The translations under genes were made by a program, and so were the position numbers. Below are positions 50,821-60,277 of a stretch of 64,000 nt of DNA, in pieces (the stretch's first letter is position 1; every line of letters starts with the position of its first letter). Source of the stretch: an uncultured Acidobacteriota bacterium (GTDB taxonomy: Bacteria > Acidobacteriota > UBA6911); NCBI GenBank assembly GCA_963827655.1, contig CAWHCF010000022.1:348967-412966 (forward strand), given 5' to 3'. The notes under the pieces are model-generated. The model was not told where the DNA came from and made no database searches. It was given only the letters and a program-made list of their open reading frames with translations.

Positions 50821-53800
50821 TCACGACCCGAGCGCAATCCGGACCTGGTGCTGTCCGCCGTCGTCCGCCAGTTCGACCACGCCCTCCGGCGCCGCGCGTC
50901 CATCGACCGTCACGCTTCGGACCCCACGACCGGCGCCTCCTGAGTTTTCAACAACGACGTGGTAGGTGGTTGAGCGGTGGCGGTAGGTGATCTCGTAGCC
51001 GGACCAGCCGGGCGGGACGCAGGGATCCAGCTCCAGCCGGGTGCCCCGCAGGCGGAAGCCAAGAATTGCTTCCAGACCGACCCGGTACAGCCAGGAGGCG
51101 GAACCGGTATACCAGGTCCACCCGCCGCGGCCGGTGTGCGGCGGCGCGCCGTAGACATCGGCGCAGACCACGTACGGCTCCACCTTGTACCGTTCCACCC
51201 CGTCGGGAGAGGCGGCGTGGCGGACCGGGTTGAGCAGGTCGAACAGCTCCGCTGCCCGCTGGCCCTCCCCCAGCAGCGCCGTCGCCAGCACCACCCACGT
51301 GGCGGCGTGCGTGTACTGGCCGCCGTTCTCGCGAATCCCCGGCACATAGCCCTTGATGTAGCCCGGTTCGAGGCGCCCGCGGTCGAACGGAGGCGTGAAG
51401 AGCAGGATCAGCCCGTCCGCGTCCCGCACCAGGCGCTCCTCGACCGCCGCCATCGCCTGACGGGCGCGCTCGGGATCGCCGCCCCCGGAAATCACCGCCC
51501 ACGACTGGGCAAGCGAGTCGATCTGGCACTCGTCGTTGGTCGCCGAGCCCAGCGGAGTTCCGTCGTCGAAGTAGGCGCGCCGGTACCAGCGCCCGTCCCA
51601 TGCATGTTCCTCCAGGGCCGCGCGCAGCGCCTCGGCCCGCTCCCGGCACCAGGCGGCGCGCGCACTGTCCCCGCGCCGTTCCGCCAGGCCCGCGAACTCG
51701 CGCAGAGTGGCGAGCATGAACCACCCGTTCCAGACGCTCTCCCCCTTCCCCTCGGCCCCCACCTTGTTCATCCCGTCGTTCCAATCGCCGGTGCCCATCA
51801 AGGGCAGGCCGTGCGGACCCAGTTTCAGGCCGCATTCCAGCGCCCGCTCGCAGTGCTCGTAGACGCTCCCGACCTCCGCGCTTACCTCCGGCAGACCGTA
51901 GTCTTCTTCCTGGTCCGGACGGAGAACCGGCGCGTGCAGGAAGGGGACGGGCTCGTCGAGCAGGGACGCGTCGCCGGTGACGCCGACGTGGTGTGCAACA
52001 ACCAGCGGCAGGAAGACAAGATCGTCGGTAATGCGCGTGCGGACGCCGCGACCTGCGGGCGGGTGCCACCAGTGCTGCACGTCGCCTTCCTCGAACTGGC
52101 GCGCCGCCGCGCGCAGGATCTGGGCCCGCGCCTCCTCAGGAGCGCCGTAGACGATGGCCATCGCGTCCTGGAGCTGGTCACGGAAACCGAATGCCCCGCC
52201 CGACTGGTAGAACGCCGACCGGCCCCACATTCGACAGGCGAGCGCCTGGTATATGAACCAGCGGTTCAGCATCAGGTCCATCGCCGGGTCCGGCGTGCGG
52301 ACCTGGACCGTCCCGAGGATGCGATCCCAGAGTGCGCGGACTTCCTCCAGCGCCGCCTGCACCCGGCCCGGCGCGGCGTAAGCGCGGACGAGTCGTCGGG
52401 CCTCGTCCGGGGTCTCGGCCTGCCCGAGCAGGAAGACGATCTCCTCCTCCCCGCCCGGCGCCACGTCCAGCGGCGTCATCAGTGCGGCGCACGGGTCGAC
52501 CAGTTCGCCGGCACGGCCGGAGAGCCGCGACCGGCCAAGGGCGGCCGGCGCTTCCGGAGAGCCCTCGCGGCCGAGGAACTCGGCCCGATCGGTCGTGAAG
52601 GAGACGCGGCGGCGTGTCCGCGCGGATCGCGGCTACGGCGGCGAAAGCGACCTCCCCGGCGAAGTCGCCCGCCCAGGCGTTGGTGGCGAACAACGCGCCG
52701 GTTTCCGCGTCGGCCGAGCACACCACCTGCGAGGAGGCCTGGTCGCGGAGGCCGCCCAGGACCCACTCGGCGTAGAATGTCGCCGACAGGCGGCGCGGCC
52801 GCCTGCCCATGTTCCGCACGCCAAGGCGGACCATCTTGACCGGATCGGTGGGCGAGATCAGGACGAGGAGGTCCTGCTCCAGGCCGTGGCTGGTTTGCGT
52901 GAAGCGGCTGTAGCCCTGGCCATGCCGGACGACCGTCGTCGCCTCGCCCCCGCACGGCGCCGGCGTCGGCGACCAGAACTCTCCGGTCTTCTCGTCGCGG
53001 AGGTAAACGACCTCGCCGGGCGGGTCGGTCACGGGATCGTTGCTCCAGGGCGTGAGCCGATTCATCTGGCTGTTGCCCGCCCAGGTGTAGCCGCCGCCGG
53101 CCTCGGTGACCAGGCAGCCGAAGTCGGGATTGGCCAGCACGTTAATCCACGGCGCCGGCGGTCGCTCGCCGGCGCGCAAAGTGATGACGTACTCGCGGCC
53201 ATCCGTGGTGAACCCGCCAAGACCATTGTGGAAGAGCAGAGCCGAGCCGCCGCCCGGCGAGCCCCCGGCGACCGCTGCCTTCGGGCGGCCGCGTGGGCGC
53301 AGCGGTGGAGGCAGTGGCGGAGCGCTCGCGAGCGGCCGGCCCAGCTGCGCGGCCAGCGGACCATCACCCCCGCGGAGGATGAGACGGGCGGCCGCCTCGA
53401 GCAGTGTCGTGTCGTCCGCGGACATGCGAGACGCGTCGCGGAGGAACACGCCGCCCGGCTTGTCGACCAGTTCTGCCGTGGGCGCGTTCTGCACCAGCTC
53501 CTCCAGCCCGCCGCGCAGTTCGTCGCCCTCGCCATCGTCGTACAGAAGGACCAGGTCCGCCACGAGCCCGCAGCGGCGCCAGTACGCGTGTGCCTGCAGA
53601 GCCTCCCGCGCCATATCCAGGTTGCGGTCCGCTCCGATTCGCACCAGCGCGATCGGCAGGTCGCCGGAGATGGCGTGCGGCCACAGTCCCGGTTGACCGA
53701 GACGGTTCCGGGTGACCGACTCGAGCGACCGCATGGATGGGCTCGCAAAGAGGACGGGCGCCGCCAGCCGCTGGAACAGCGCGGCGTCGTCCGGCGACAC

Positions 53801-54709
53801 GCCTAGCTCGGCCCGCCGCGCGGCGTCGCTCGCGGTGGTCTCCTCGAAGATGCGGTCCACGGCCTCCAGGCTGCCGAACCGGGCGGCCAGCGCCAGGGCC
53901 TGGTCCCGATCTTCGGGCGCGGCGGTGGTAAACGCCAGGACGGCGGACGCTCCCGACTCGACCCGGATCCGCCGGCGCAGGCTGAAGACCGGGTCCAGCA
54001 CCGGCCCCACGGTCCCCGAAAGCGCCGCGCCGCCGTCCATCGCCGCCGGGTTCGCCGTGGAGCGTCCCCGCCCCAGGAAGCGAGCGCGGTCGGTCTCGTA
54101 CTCGACCTCTCCCGGCGCATCGCTTGCCAGAACATGGAGAGCCCAGACCGGCTGCTGATCGTGGGCGCGCGGCCGGCGGCGGCAAAGCAGGGCGCGCGAC
54201 GACGCGAGGTATTCGGTCTCCAGGAAGAGCTTGGCGAAGGCCGGGTGTGCCTGGTCGGCGCGGCGCGGATTGAGTGCCACCTCGGCGTAGCTCGTCACCT
54301 CCAGCGTGCGGGGCCTGTCGCCGCGGTTGGTAAGGGTGACGCGGCGGACTTCCGCGTCGGCGTCGGGAACGACCGCGACTTCGTAACAGGTCTCCACGTC
54401 GCCGTCGCGACGACGGAAAATCGCGCGGTCGGGACGCAGATCCGCCTTGTACTCGTCGGCGTTTCGCCCGAGGGGCTGGCGCCCGGCAGACCAGGCGCGG
54501 CCGTCGTCCAGGTCGCGGACGTAGCAGTACTGGCCCCAGCAGTCGCGGGTAGCGTCCTCCCGCCAGCGGGTCACGTCCATCCCGTCCCGGAGGCTGTAGC
54601 CACCCCCCGACGCGGTCAACATGACGCTGTAGCGGCCATTGGAAAGCAGGCAGATTTCCGGGGGCGAACCGGGAAGGTCAACGAGGTTCGGCTTTTTCGG
54701 CTTTGACAT
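50821..54709 (-). CDS. GH94 family glycoside phosphorylase (1,2-beta-oligoglucan/cellobiose phosphorylase-like), reading frame broken once near 52630
   Basis: N-terminal beta-sandwich domains in ORF 52178..54709. The catalytic (alpha/alpha)6 region 'GFRDQLQD...GTGDWNDGMN' is in ORF 50821..52479. A third-frame read across the junction gives 'RVSFTTDRAEFLGREGSPEAPAALG...DPCAALMTPLDV'. Confidence 0.8.
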
Positions 54710-54725
54710 CTTGGAATACCTGCAC

Positions 54726-54813
54726 GATTCTTGGCGTTTCTTCGTGTCTTTGAGACTTGGTGGTATTTGTTAGACAGTTCTAACCACGAAGTCACGAAGA
54801 CACGAGCACACGG
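54726..54813. repeat. repeat family A, full copy
   Basis: gattcttggcgtttcttcgtgtctttgagacttggtggtattt-gttagacagttc-taaccacgaagtcacgaagacacgagcacacgg. Confidence 0.85.
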
Positions 54814-54880
54814 CAAGTATGGAACGGGACTGAACGCCGCTGAACTGTAATAGGTAGCAGGTGGCCGGAATGAAGTCCGC

Positions 54881-55429
54881 TCAAGGCGCTCGAAGCTTCG
54901 CAAGTGAAGTGGCTCCGACGTACACTCCACGAATAATCAGCATCGCCAGGAAGATGAACGCCGGCTCCCAGGTCAGTCCCCCGACGAGGTGCCCCCAGAA
55001 ATGGAGATTGATCGAACTTCCCAGTGCATATTCCGGAGCGTGGAAGATCGTTTCCCGCCCGCTCGCCCAGGTGTACCCGAGGCCGATCAGTTCGACCAGC
55101 ATGTAAGGCAAGATCACTAGATACGAGATTACCAGCCGTTCCTTCGAGGATCGGGTCTTCCACCCAAAGTAGAAGCACGCGACAAGAATCACGGCCGACA
55201 TGCTGGCGAATTTCGTGACCGCATTCGGCACGCCGATCAGGGTCAGCGTAAAACGAATGCCGCCTACAAGCATGATGGCCCCAACGAACCACCAAGCCTG
55301 TCTCTGTTTTTCGATTAGAGCTTTGAGTTCTTCCATGTCGATGGTGTCATCATTCTTCGCCGCGGAACCAAACGTCAACCTCGAAGACGCAAGGCCGCAA
55401 AGAAACGTGAAGAATAGCGTCAATCCCAT
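54881..55429 (-). CDS. hypothetical integral membrane protein
   Basis: 4-5 predicted TM helices. No motif. Confidence 0.4.
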   Translation of the reverse strand: MGLTLFFTFLCGLASSRLTFGSAAKNDDTIDMEELKALIEKQRQAWWFVGAIMLVGGIRFTLTLIGVPNAVTKFASMSAVILVACFYFGWKTRSSKERLVISYLVILPYMLVELIGLGYTWASGRETIFHAPEYALGSSINLHFWGHLVGGLTWEPAFIFLAMLIIRGVYVGATSLAKLRAP

Positions 55430-55467
55430 TTACATTCTGCCCCAGAACGCATTAAATTTACTGCGTT

Positions 55468-57420
55468 ATGAAGAGACGGCTTTTCCTCCTGGTCCCGATC
55501 TGTGGCGCGGCTCTTCTCGTCGCTGGAAGAAGTCAGAGCGCCAGGTTCTCCAAAGAAGTCTACCCAATCCTCGAGAAAGCCGGCTGCGAGGGATGTCACA
55601 ACCCGAACGGAGTAGCCTCAGCCACGCGCCTTCACTTTCCACAGCCGGGCGCCTCGCCCGATGCGATCGAAGCCTTTGGAGTCTCTCTTTCGGCCCTGGT
55701 CGACGCCTCGAATCCGGAGAACTCGTTGCTACTGATGAAACCCACCAACCGGATAGCACATACCGGCGGCCGCCGGATTGCGCCGGGGGGCCCCGAAGAG
55801 GCCGCGCTGCGCGCCTGGGTGGCGCACCTGACCACGCTTCCGGCCGCTGGAGTCGCCAGGGTTTCGGAAGAGTCAGGCGCCCGGCCCGAGCGGACCGTTC
55901 TGCGCCGGATGACTCACAGCCAGTACGACAATACCGTTCGCGAACTCCTGGGAGATACGAGTAGCCCTGCCAGGCAATTCCCTCCCGAAGATTTTGTCGA
56001 TGGCTTCAAGAATCAGTATGAGGCGCAGAGTATCTCGCCTTTGCTGGCCGAGGCCTACAACGCGGCCGCCGAGAGACTCTCCTCGAACGCAATTCGAGCC
56101 TTTCGGTCCGGTGATGCGAAAGGCTTGATTCCCTGCCAGCCTTCCTCGAACGCGAACGCCGAATGCCGCACTCGATTCATTCGGCAGTTCGGCTTGCGGG
56201 CTTTCCGGCGGCCCCTGACGGATGCGGAGCTGTCGCGGTACTCGGAACTCTTTGCGGGTCAAGGCGACTTTCTTGAAGGCGCGCGCATCGTCATGGAGGC
56301 GATGCTCCAGTCTCCAAGCTTCCTGTTCTGGCTTGATTCTACCTCGATGCCCGAGTGGAAGCCTTACGCGCGGGCCAGCAAGCTCTCTTATTTTCTGTGG
56401 GACAGCATGCCCGATGAGTGGCTGCTGGAAAGGGCCCGCGCCGGGGAACTGGACTCGCCCGATGGGTTCGAAAAGGCTGCGCGCGAGATGCTGGCCAGCC
56501 CAAAGGCCGTTCCCGCCGTCGATGAGTTCGTCTCGCAGTGGCTGCGGTTTGACGAGGTCGCGAACATGCTCAAGGAGCGGCGCGCCTTCCCGCAGTTCAC
56601 CCGTGAGCTGGCGCTCGCCATGGCCGAAGAAACGCGGCGCCTGGTGTCGGATCTGGTCTGGAACGACCGCAACTTCATGGAGCTTTACAGCGCAAACTAC
56701 ACCTTCGTTAACGGCGATCTCGCTGCCGTTTACAATCTGCCGGCGCCTGCCTCGGACTTTGCCAGGGTCTCTTACCCCGCGGAATCTGAGCGCGCCGGAA
56801 TCCTCGGTCAAGGAACTTTTCTGGCTTTGACAAGCAAGCCGGCCGAGACGTCGCCGACGGCTCGCGGCCTCTTCGTCCGGGAGCACTTGCTCTGCCAGCG
56901 CGTCCCGCTGCCGCCACCCGGGGTGAACATGAATCTTCCTCCGCTCACGGAGGACAAACCACGCACCAACCGGGACCGCCTGGCCGTTCACCTTTCAAAC
57001 GAAAGTTGCGCCGGATGCCACAAGTTGATCGACCCGATCGGATTCGGCCTCGAGAAATTCGACGCTCTCGGCGCGCGGCATGACAAGTTCAAAGTCGCCC
57101 TTCCCGGCAACCGCCGGAACCCGGAGAACAAGCCGGCAAGTATCGAGCTCGAAGTAGACACGAAGGCGTTTATTGCGGGAATCGAGAATTCCGATTTTTC
57201 ATCGCCCAAGGAACTGGGACAGATCCTGGCCTCGAATCGCCAGTGCCAGGAGTGTGTCGTCAAACAGCTCTTTCGCTACGCGGTAGGCCGGGCGGAGACG
57301 ACGGCGGACAAACCAGTTATAGATCGGGCCTATGAAAGTTTTCAGCGCTCGCAATTTCGCTTCAAAGAGCTTATGATTGCGGTTATCAAGTGGACGGAGT
57401 TCACGCCTGGGAGGATCTAG
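55468..57420 (+). CDS. DUF1592/DUF1588/DUF1595-type protein (planctomycete-type), signal peptide
   Basis: N-terminal 'CEGCHNPNG' haem-like motif. The family is normally paired with DUF1552. Confidence 0.8.
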   Translation: MKRRLFLLVPICGAALLVAGRSQSARFSKEVYPILEKAGCEGCHNPNGVASATRLHFPQPGASPDAIEAFGVSLSALVDASNPENSLLLMKPTNRIAHTGGRRIAPGGPEEAALRAWVAHLTTLPAAGVARVSEESGARPERTVLRRMTHSQYDNTVRELLGDTSSPARQFPPEDFVDGFKNQYEAQSISPLLAEAYNAAAERLSSNAIRAFRSGDAKGLIPCQPSSNANAECRTRFIRQFGLRAFRRPLTDAELSRYSELFAGQGDFLEGARIVMEAMLQSPSFLFWLDSTSMPEWKPYARASKLSYFLWDSMPDEWLLERARAGELDSPDGFEKAAREMLASPKAVPAVDEFVSQWLRFDEVANMLKERRAFPQFTRELALAMAEETRRLVSDLVWNDRNFMELYSANYTFVNGDLAAVYNLPAPASDFARVSYPAESERAGILGQGTFLALTSKPAETSPTARGLFVREHLLCQRVPLPPPGVNMNLPPLTEDKPRTNRDRLAVHLSNESCAGCHKLIDPIGFGLEKFDALGARHDKFKVALPGNRRNPENKPASIELEVDTKAFIAGIENSDFSSPKELGQILASNRQCQECVVKQLFRYAVGRAETTADKPVIDRAYESFQRSQFRFKELMIAVIKWTEFTPGRI

Positions 57421-57423
57421 CCG

Positions 57424-58731
57424 ATGCCTGCAAAACTTTCCCGCCGAGTCTTCCTGAGAGGGTTGGCCCTGACAAGCGTTCCGGTTCGAATGGCGCTTCC
57501 GCCGTTGGCGGCGATGTTCGATAGCCGCGGTGAAGCTTATGCGGCCGACGACCAGCCGATCGAGTCGCGTTTCGTGCTCTGGTTCAACGGGAATGGCATT
57601 CCGGAAAAGTACTGGATTCCGATGGAAACGGGAGAGAAATACAGTCTGACGCCTTGTCTCACCCCTCTGGCTCCGTTTCGCAGCGACATTCACGTCGTTA
57701 CCGGGCTGGACAACGCGGCTGCGACGCTGCCCGGACCCGGCAACGGCCATCACAAATCAATGAGCGCGCTGATGACCGGAACCTCGTTCACCGGGCGCGG
57801 CGCGGGCGGCCCATCCATCGACCAGGCGATTGCTTCCAAGATCGGCGGGGATACCCGATTCCGTTCGCTCCAGATTGGCGTCTCGCAGGAATCATTCGGA
57901 GAGAGTGTTCAGCGGAACATGAGCTGGGCGGCGCACGACCGGCCGCTCCCTCCCGAGATGCTGCCGCACAAGCTTTTCGATCGGCTGTTCGGACAGCGGG
58001 AGTTGGGCTGGGTCAAGCGACAGAAGAGCGTTCTGGACGCCGTCCGGGAAGATGCCCGGCAGCTGAAGCGAACCGTCGGCCAGCAGGATCAAGCTCGACT
58101 TGAAGAACATCTCGACTCCGTGCGCGACGTCGAACGAGCGATCGCCAGCCTTCCCCCAAAGTACCATCGAGTGGATCCTCCCGACTACGACGGTGACATG
58201 AAGGATTGGCCTCGGATCGCAAAGCTGCAATCCGATCTGCTGGCCCACGCGTTCTCAACCGGGCAGACGAGGGTGGCCTCCTACATGCTGACCAAGTGTC
58301 AGGGGTTGTCGCGCTTTCCCTGGCTGGGATACACGGCGGCGCGGCACCACGACTATACTCATCGCGACGGGAAGGCGCCGGGGGCCGATGGGCCCGATGG
58401 CCAGCGCATCCTGCGCGACATTTGCCGCTGGCACATCGAAGAGTTCGCCTACTTTCTCGGAAGATTGAAATCGGTTCCGGAAGGAAATGGGACGCTGCTC
58501 GATCGCTGCGCGGTGCTTCTGGTTCACGAGCATGCCGAGGCGAACGACCACAAGAACAACGGCCTGTCCGTCATACTTGCCGGACATGCCAAAGGGTTGA
58601 AAACCGGCCTCCACACACGAACCACCGGCACCACGGGAGATCTTTACCTGACCCTTGCCAACGACGTTATGGGCGCAGGGCTGGAGCGCTTCCCGACGGC
58701 CGAGCGCAAGCTGACCGAGATTCTTGCCTGA
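57424..58731 (+). CDS. DUF1552 family protein with Tat signal
   Basis: '[17 protein letters not shown]'. Conserved 'HHDYTHRDG' region. Starts 4 nt after the DUF1592 stop. Confidence 0.8.
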   Translation: MPAKLSRRVFLRGLALTSVPVRMALPPLAAMFDSRGEAYAADDQPIESRFVLWFNGNGIPEKYWIPMETGEKYSLTPCLTPLAPFRSDIHVVTGLDNAAATLPGPGNGHHKSMSALMTGTSFTGRGAGGPSIDQAIASKIGGDTRFRSLQIGVSQESFGESVQRNMSWAAHDRPLPPEMLPHKLFDRLFGQRELGWVKRQKSVLDAVREDARQLKRTVGQQDQARLEEHLDSVRDVERAIASLPPKYHRVDPPDYDGDMKDWPRIAKLQSDLLAHAFSTGQTRVASYMLTKCQGLSRFPWLGYTAARHHDYTHRDGKAPGADGPDGQRILRDICRWHIEEFAYFLGRLKSVPEGNGTLLDRCAVLLVHEHAEANDHKNNGLSVILAGHAKGLKTGLHTRTTGTTGDLYLTLANDVMGAGLERFPTAERKLTEILA

Positions 58732-58736
58732 AAAAA

Positions 58737-58778
58737 CTTACCGCTAAGACTCAAAGACACGAAGAAACGCCAAGAATC
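58737..58778. repeat. repeat family A, half copy (reverse-complement of the left arm)
   Basis: cttaccgctaagactcaaagacacgaagaaacgccaagaatc. Confidence 0.8.
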
Positions 58779-58819
58779 TTTGCCCCAAAAAGCAAGCACA
58801 GCTCGTGCCGCGGTCCCAG

Positions 58820-59339
58820 TCAATTGGCCTTTGCAACAGGGCGATACTGGTAGTCCTGCGGTTTTTCCTTTTCGGTTCCGTCCCCTTCGACGCGCGCGCT
58901 TAACGTCCCATCACCATTCTTGCGATAAATGACGCGTTTGGGAAAATCATGCGCCAGGTTCTCGAAGACAGCTTCGTGCCCGCTCAGCCGCACCAGTTTG
59001 AAGTCCGTGCCGGGAGTCCTCGCCCGCGGATGGGCCACGTAATAGATATCGGCGCCGCGCGCTTCAATGCGCAGATACTCGAAAGAATACGGTCTTGCCT
59101 GCGGCCACGGTCCGGCTCATGCCGATCAACGAATTGCCTGCGACCTTCGTCCAGTGTTCGTCAATCTGCATGCGGCCCGAAGCCGTTTCCCAGTCGCCGC
59201 TGATCCAGGCCAGGTCCTCGATCTTGAAGGATTGCGCCTGGTCCGATTGACCCGTCTCGACCGCGGGCGAGAGCACTGCGGCCAGTCCGATTACCAGGAG
59301 CGCAGTTCCGAGCGATAGCGTCCTCGATCTTTCGAGCAT
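58820..59339 (-). CDS. hypothetical secreted protein, reading frame broken by an apparent 1-nt insertion near 59075
   Basis: ORFs 59064..59339 and 58820..59038 join as '...KTVFFEYLRIEARGADIYYVAHPRA...' after removing c from 'ttctttcgagtatctg'. Confidence 0.45.
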
Positions 59340-59345
59340 CCAGCC

Positions 59346-60236
59346 TTACTCCCACAGAATGGTGCATTGCGGCATTGCGCTTCGCAGGGTTTCACATCCA
59401 GCGCTTGTCACGCCCGTGTCTTTCAGGTCGACCCAGCGCAGGCCAGGCAGGGCTTTCAGGCGCGCGATCGCGTCATCCCCGATTCGCTTGGCGCCATGAA
59501 GATCAAGCTTCTCCAGCTTGGCAAGAGGCACGAGTTTCTCCAGCCCTCTGGCCGAAATCTGCGTGCCGCTCAGATTCAACTCACGGAGTTCACCAAGAGT
59601 TCCGACAGGATCAATCCCCAGATCCGTGACGCTGACCGACCATAGTCCCGAATCTGTTCTCTGACGTCCGGCCACTTCGAGGTGTGTCAATCCAGGAAGC
59701 GAGTTGAGCACCTGAAGCGCTCGCTCGGTCAGCTTATTCCCGCCGAAGGCGAGTTCCCGCAGGCCGCCGAGCGGCGCAAGCTGTTGGAGTCCGGTGTCGG
59801 TCACCTGGGCATAACTGATATCCAGGGCTTTTAGAGAAGGAATCCCGGCCAGCATAGCCAGTGTGGTGTCGGTGATTTTGGTGCCGCGCAGGACAAGCCG
59901 CTCGAGTCGCTTCCAGTCCTTGATCGCGGCCAGCCCTTCATCGGTGAGCTGCTCGGCGTAGTACAGATCGAGCTCGACGATTTCTCGCAGTCCCTTCAGG
60001 CGCAACATTCCTTGATCGGTTATTCTGGTATGGGCGAGGTTGAGACGCCTGAGGTAGGGCAGGCTCTGGAGCGAATCCAGATCGGCGTCCGTCACCCAGG
60101 TTCCCCGCAACACTATGCCCGTGCATCGGCCCGACTCATCGCGCTCCACACGTCCGCCCAGGCCGAGCACCCAATCGAGCTCTGAAGCGCCGAGAACACC
60201 AAGCAACACGATAACGACAATCTTCATTAGAGCCAT
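59346..60236 (-). CDS. leucine-rich repeat protein, signal peptide
   Basis: Repeated 'L..L.L..T.ITD.GL..L' LRR units. Confidence 0.75.
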   Translation of the reverse strand: MALMKIVVIVLLGVLGASELDWVLGLGGRVERDESGRCTGIVLRGTWVTDADLDSLQSLPYLRRLNLAHTRITDQGMLRLKGLREIVELDLYYAEQLTDEGLAAIKDWKRLERLVLRGTKITDTTLAMLAGIPSLKALDISYAQVTDTGLQQLAPLGGLRELAFGGNKLTERALQVLNSLPGLTHLEVAGRQRTDSGLWSVSVTDLGIDPVGTLGELRELNLSGTQISARGLEKLVPLAKLEKLDLHGAKRIGDDAIARLKALPGLRWVDLKDTGVTSAGCETLRSAMPQCTILWE

Positions 60237-60275
60237 TCGTCAAATCGTCAATCGTCAATCGTCAATCGTCAATCC
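60233..60275. repeat. GATTGAC heptamer array, inverted orientation (about 5 units), filling the 41-nt gap immediately upstream of the LRR gene ATG
   Basis: cattcgtcaaatcgtcaatcgtcaatcgtcaatcgtcaatcctc. 'cat' at 60234-36 is the LRR start codon. Confidence 0.85.
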
Positions 60276-60277
60276 TC

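Noticed and set aside
52332-54185. Many Arg/Pro/Gly/Ala-rich ORFs on both strands inside the GH94 gene (e.g. 52595..53806, 53364..54185, 53062..53748)
   Set aside because: They are antisense or off-frame products of a very GC-rich coding region. Only the GH94 frame carries recognisable motifs.
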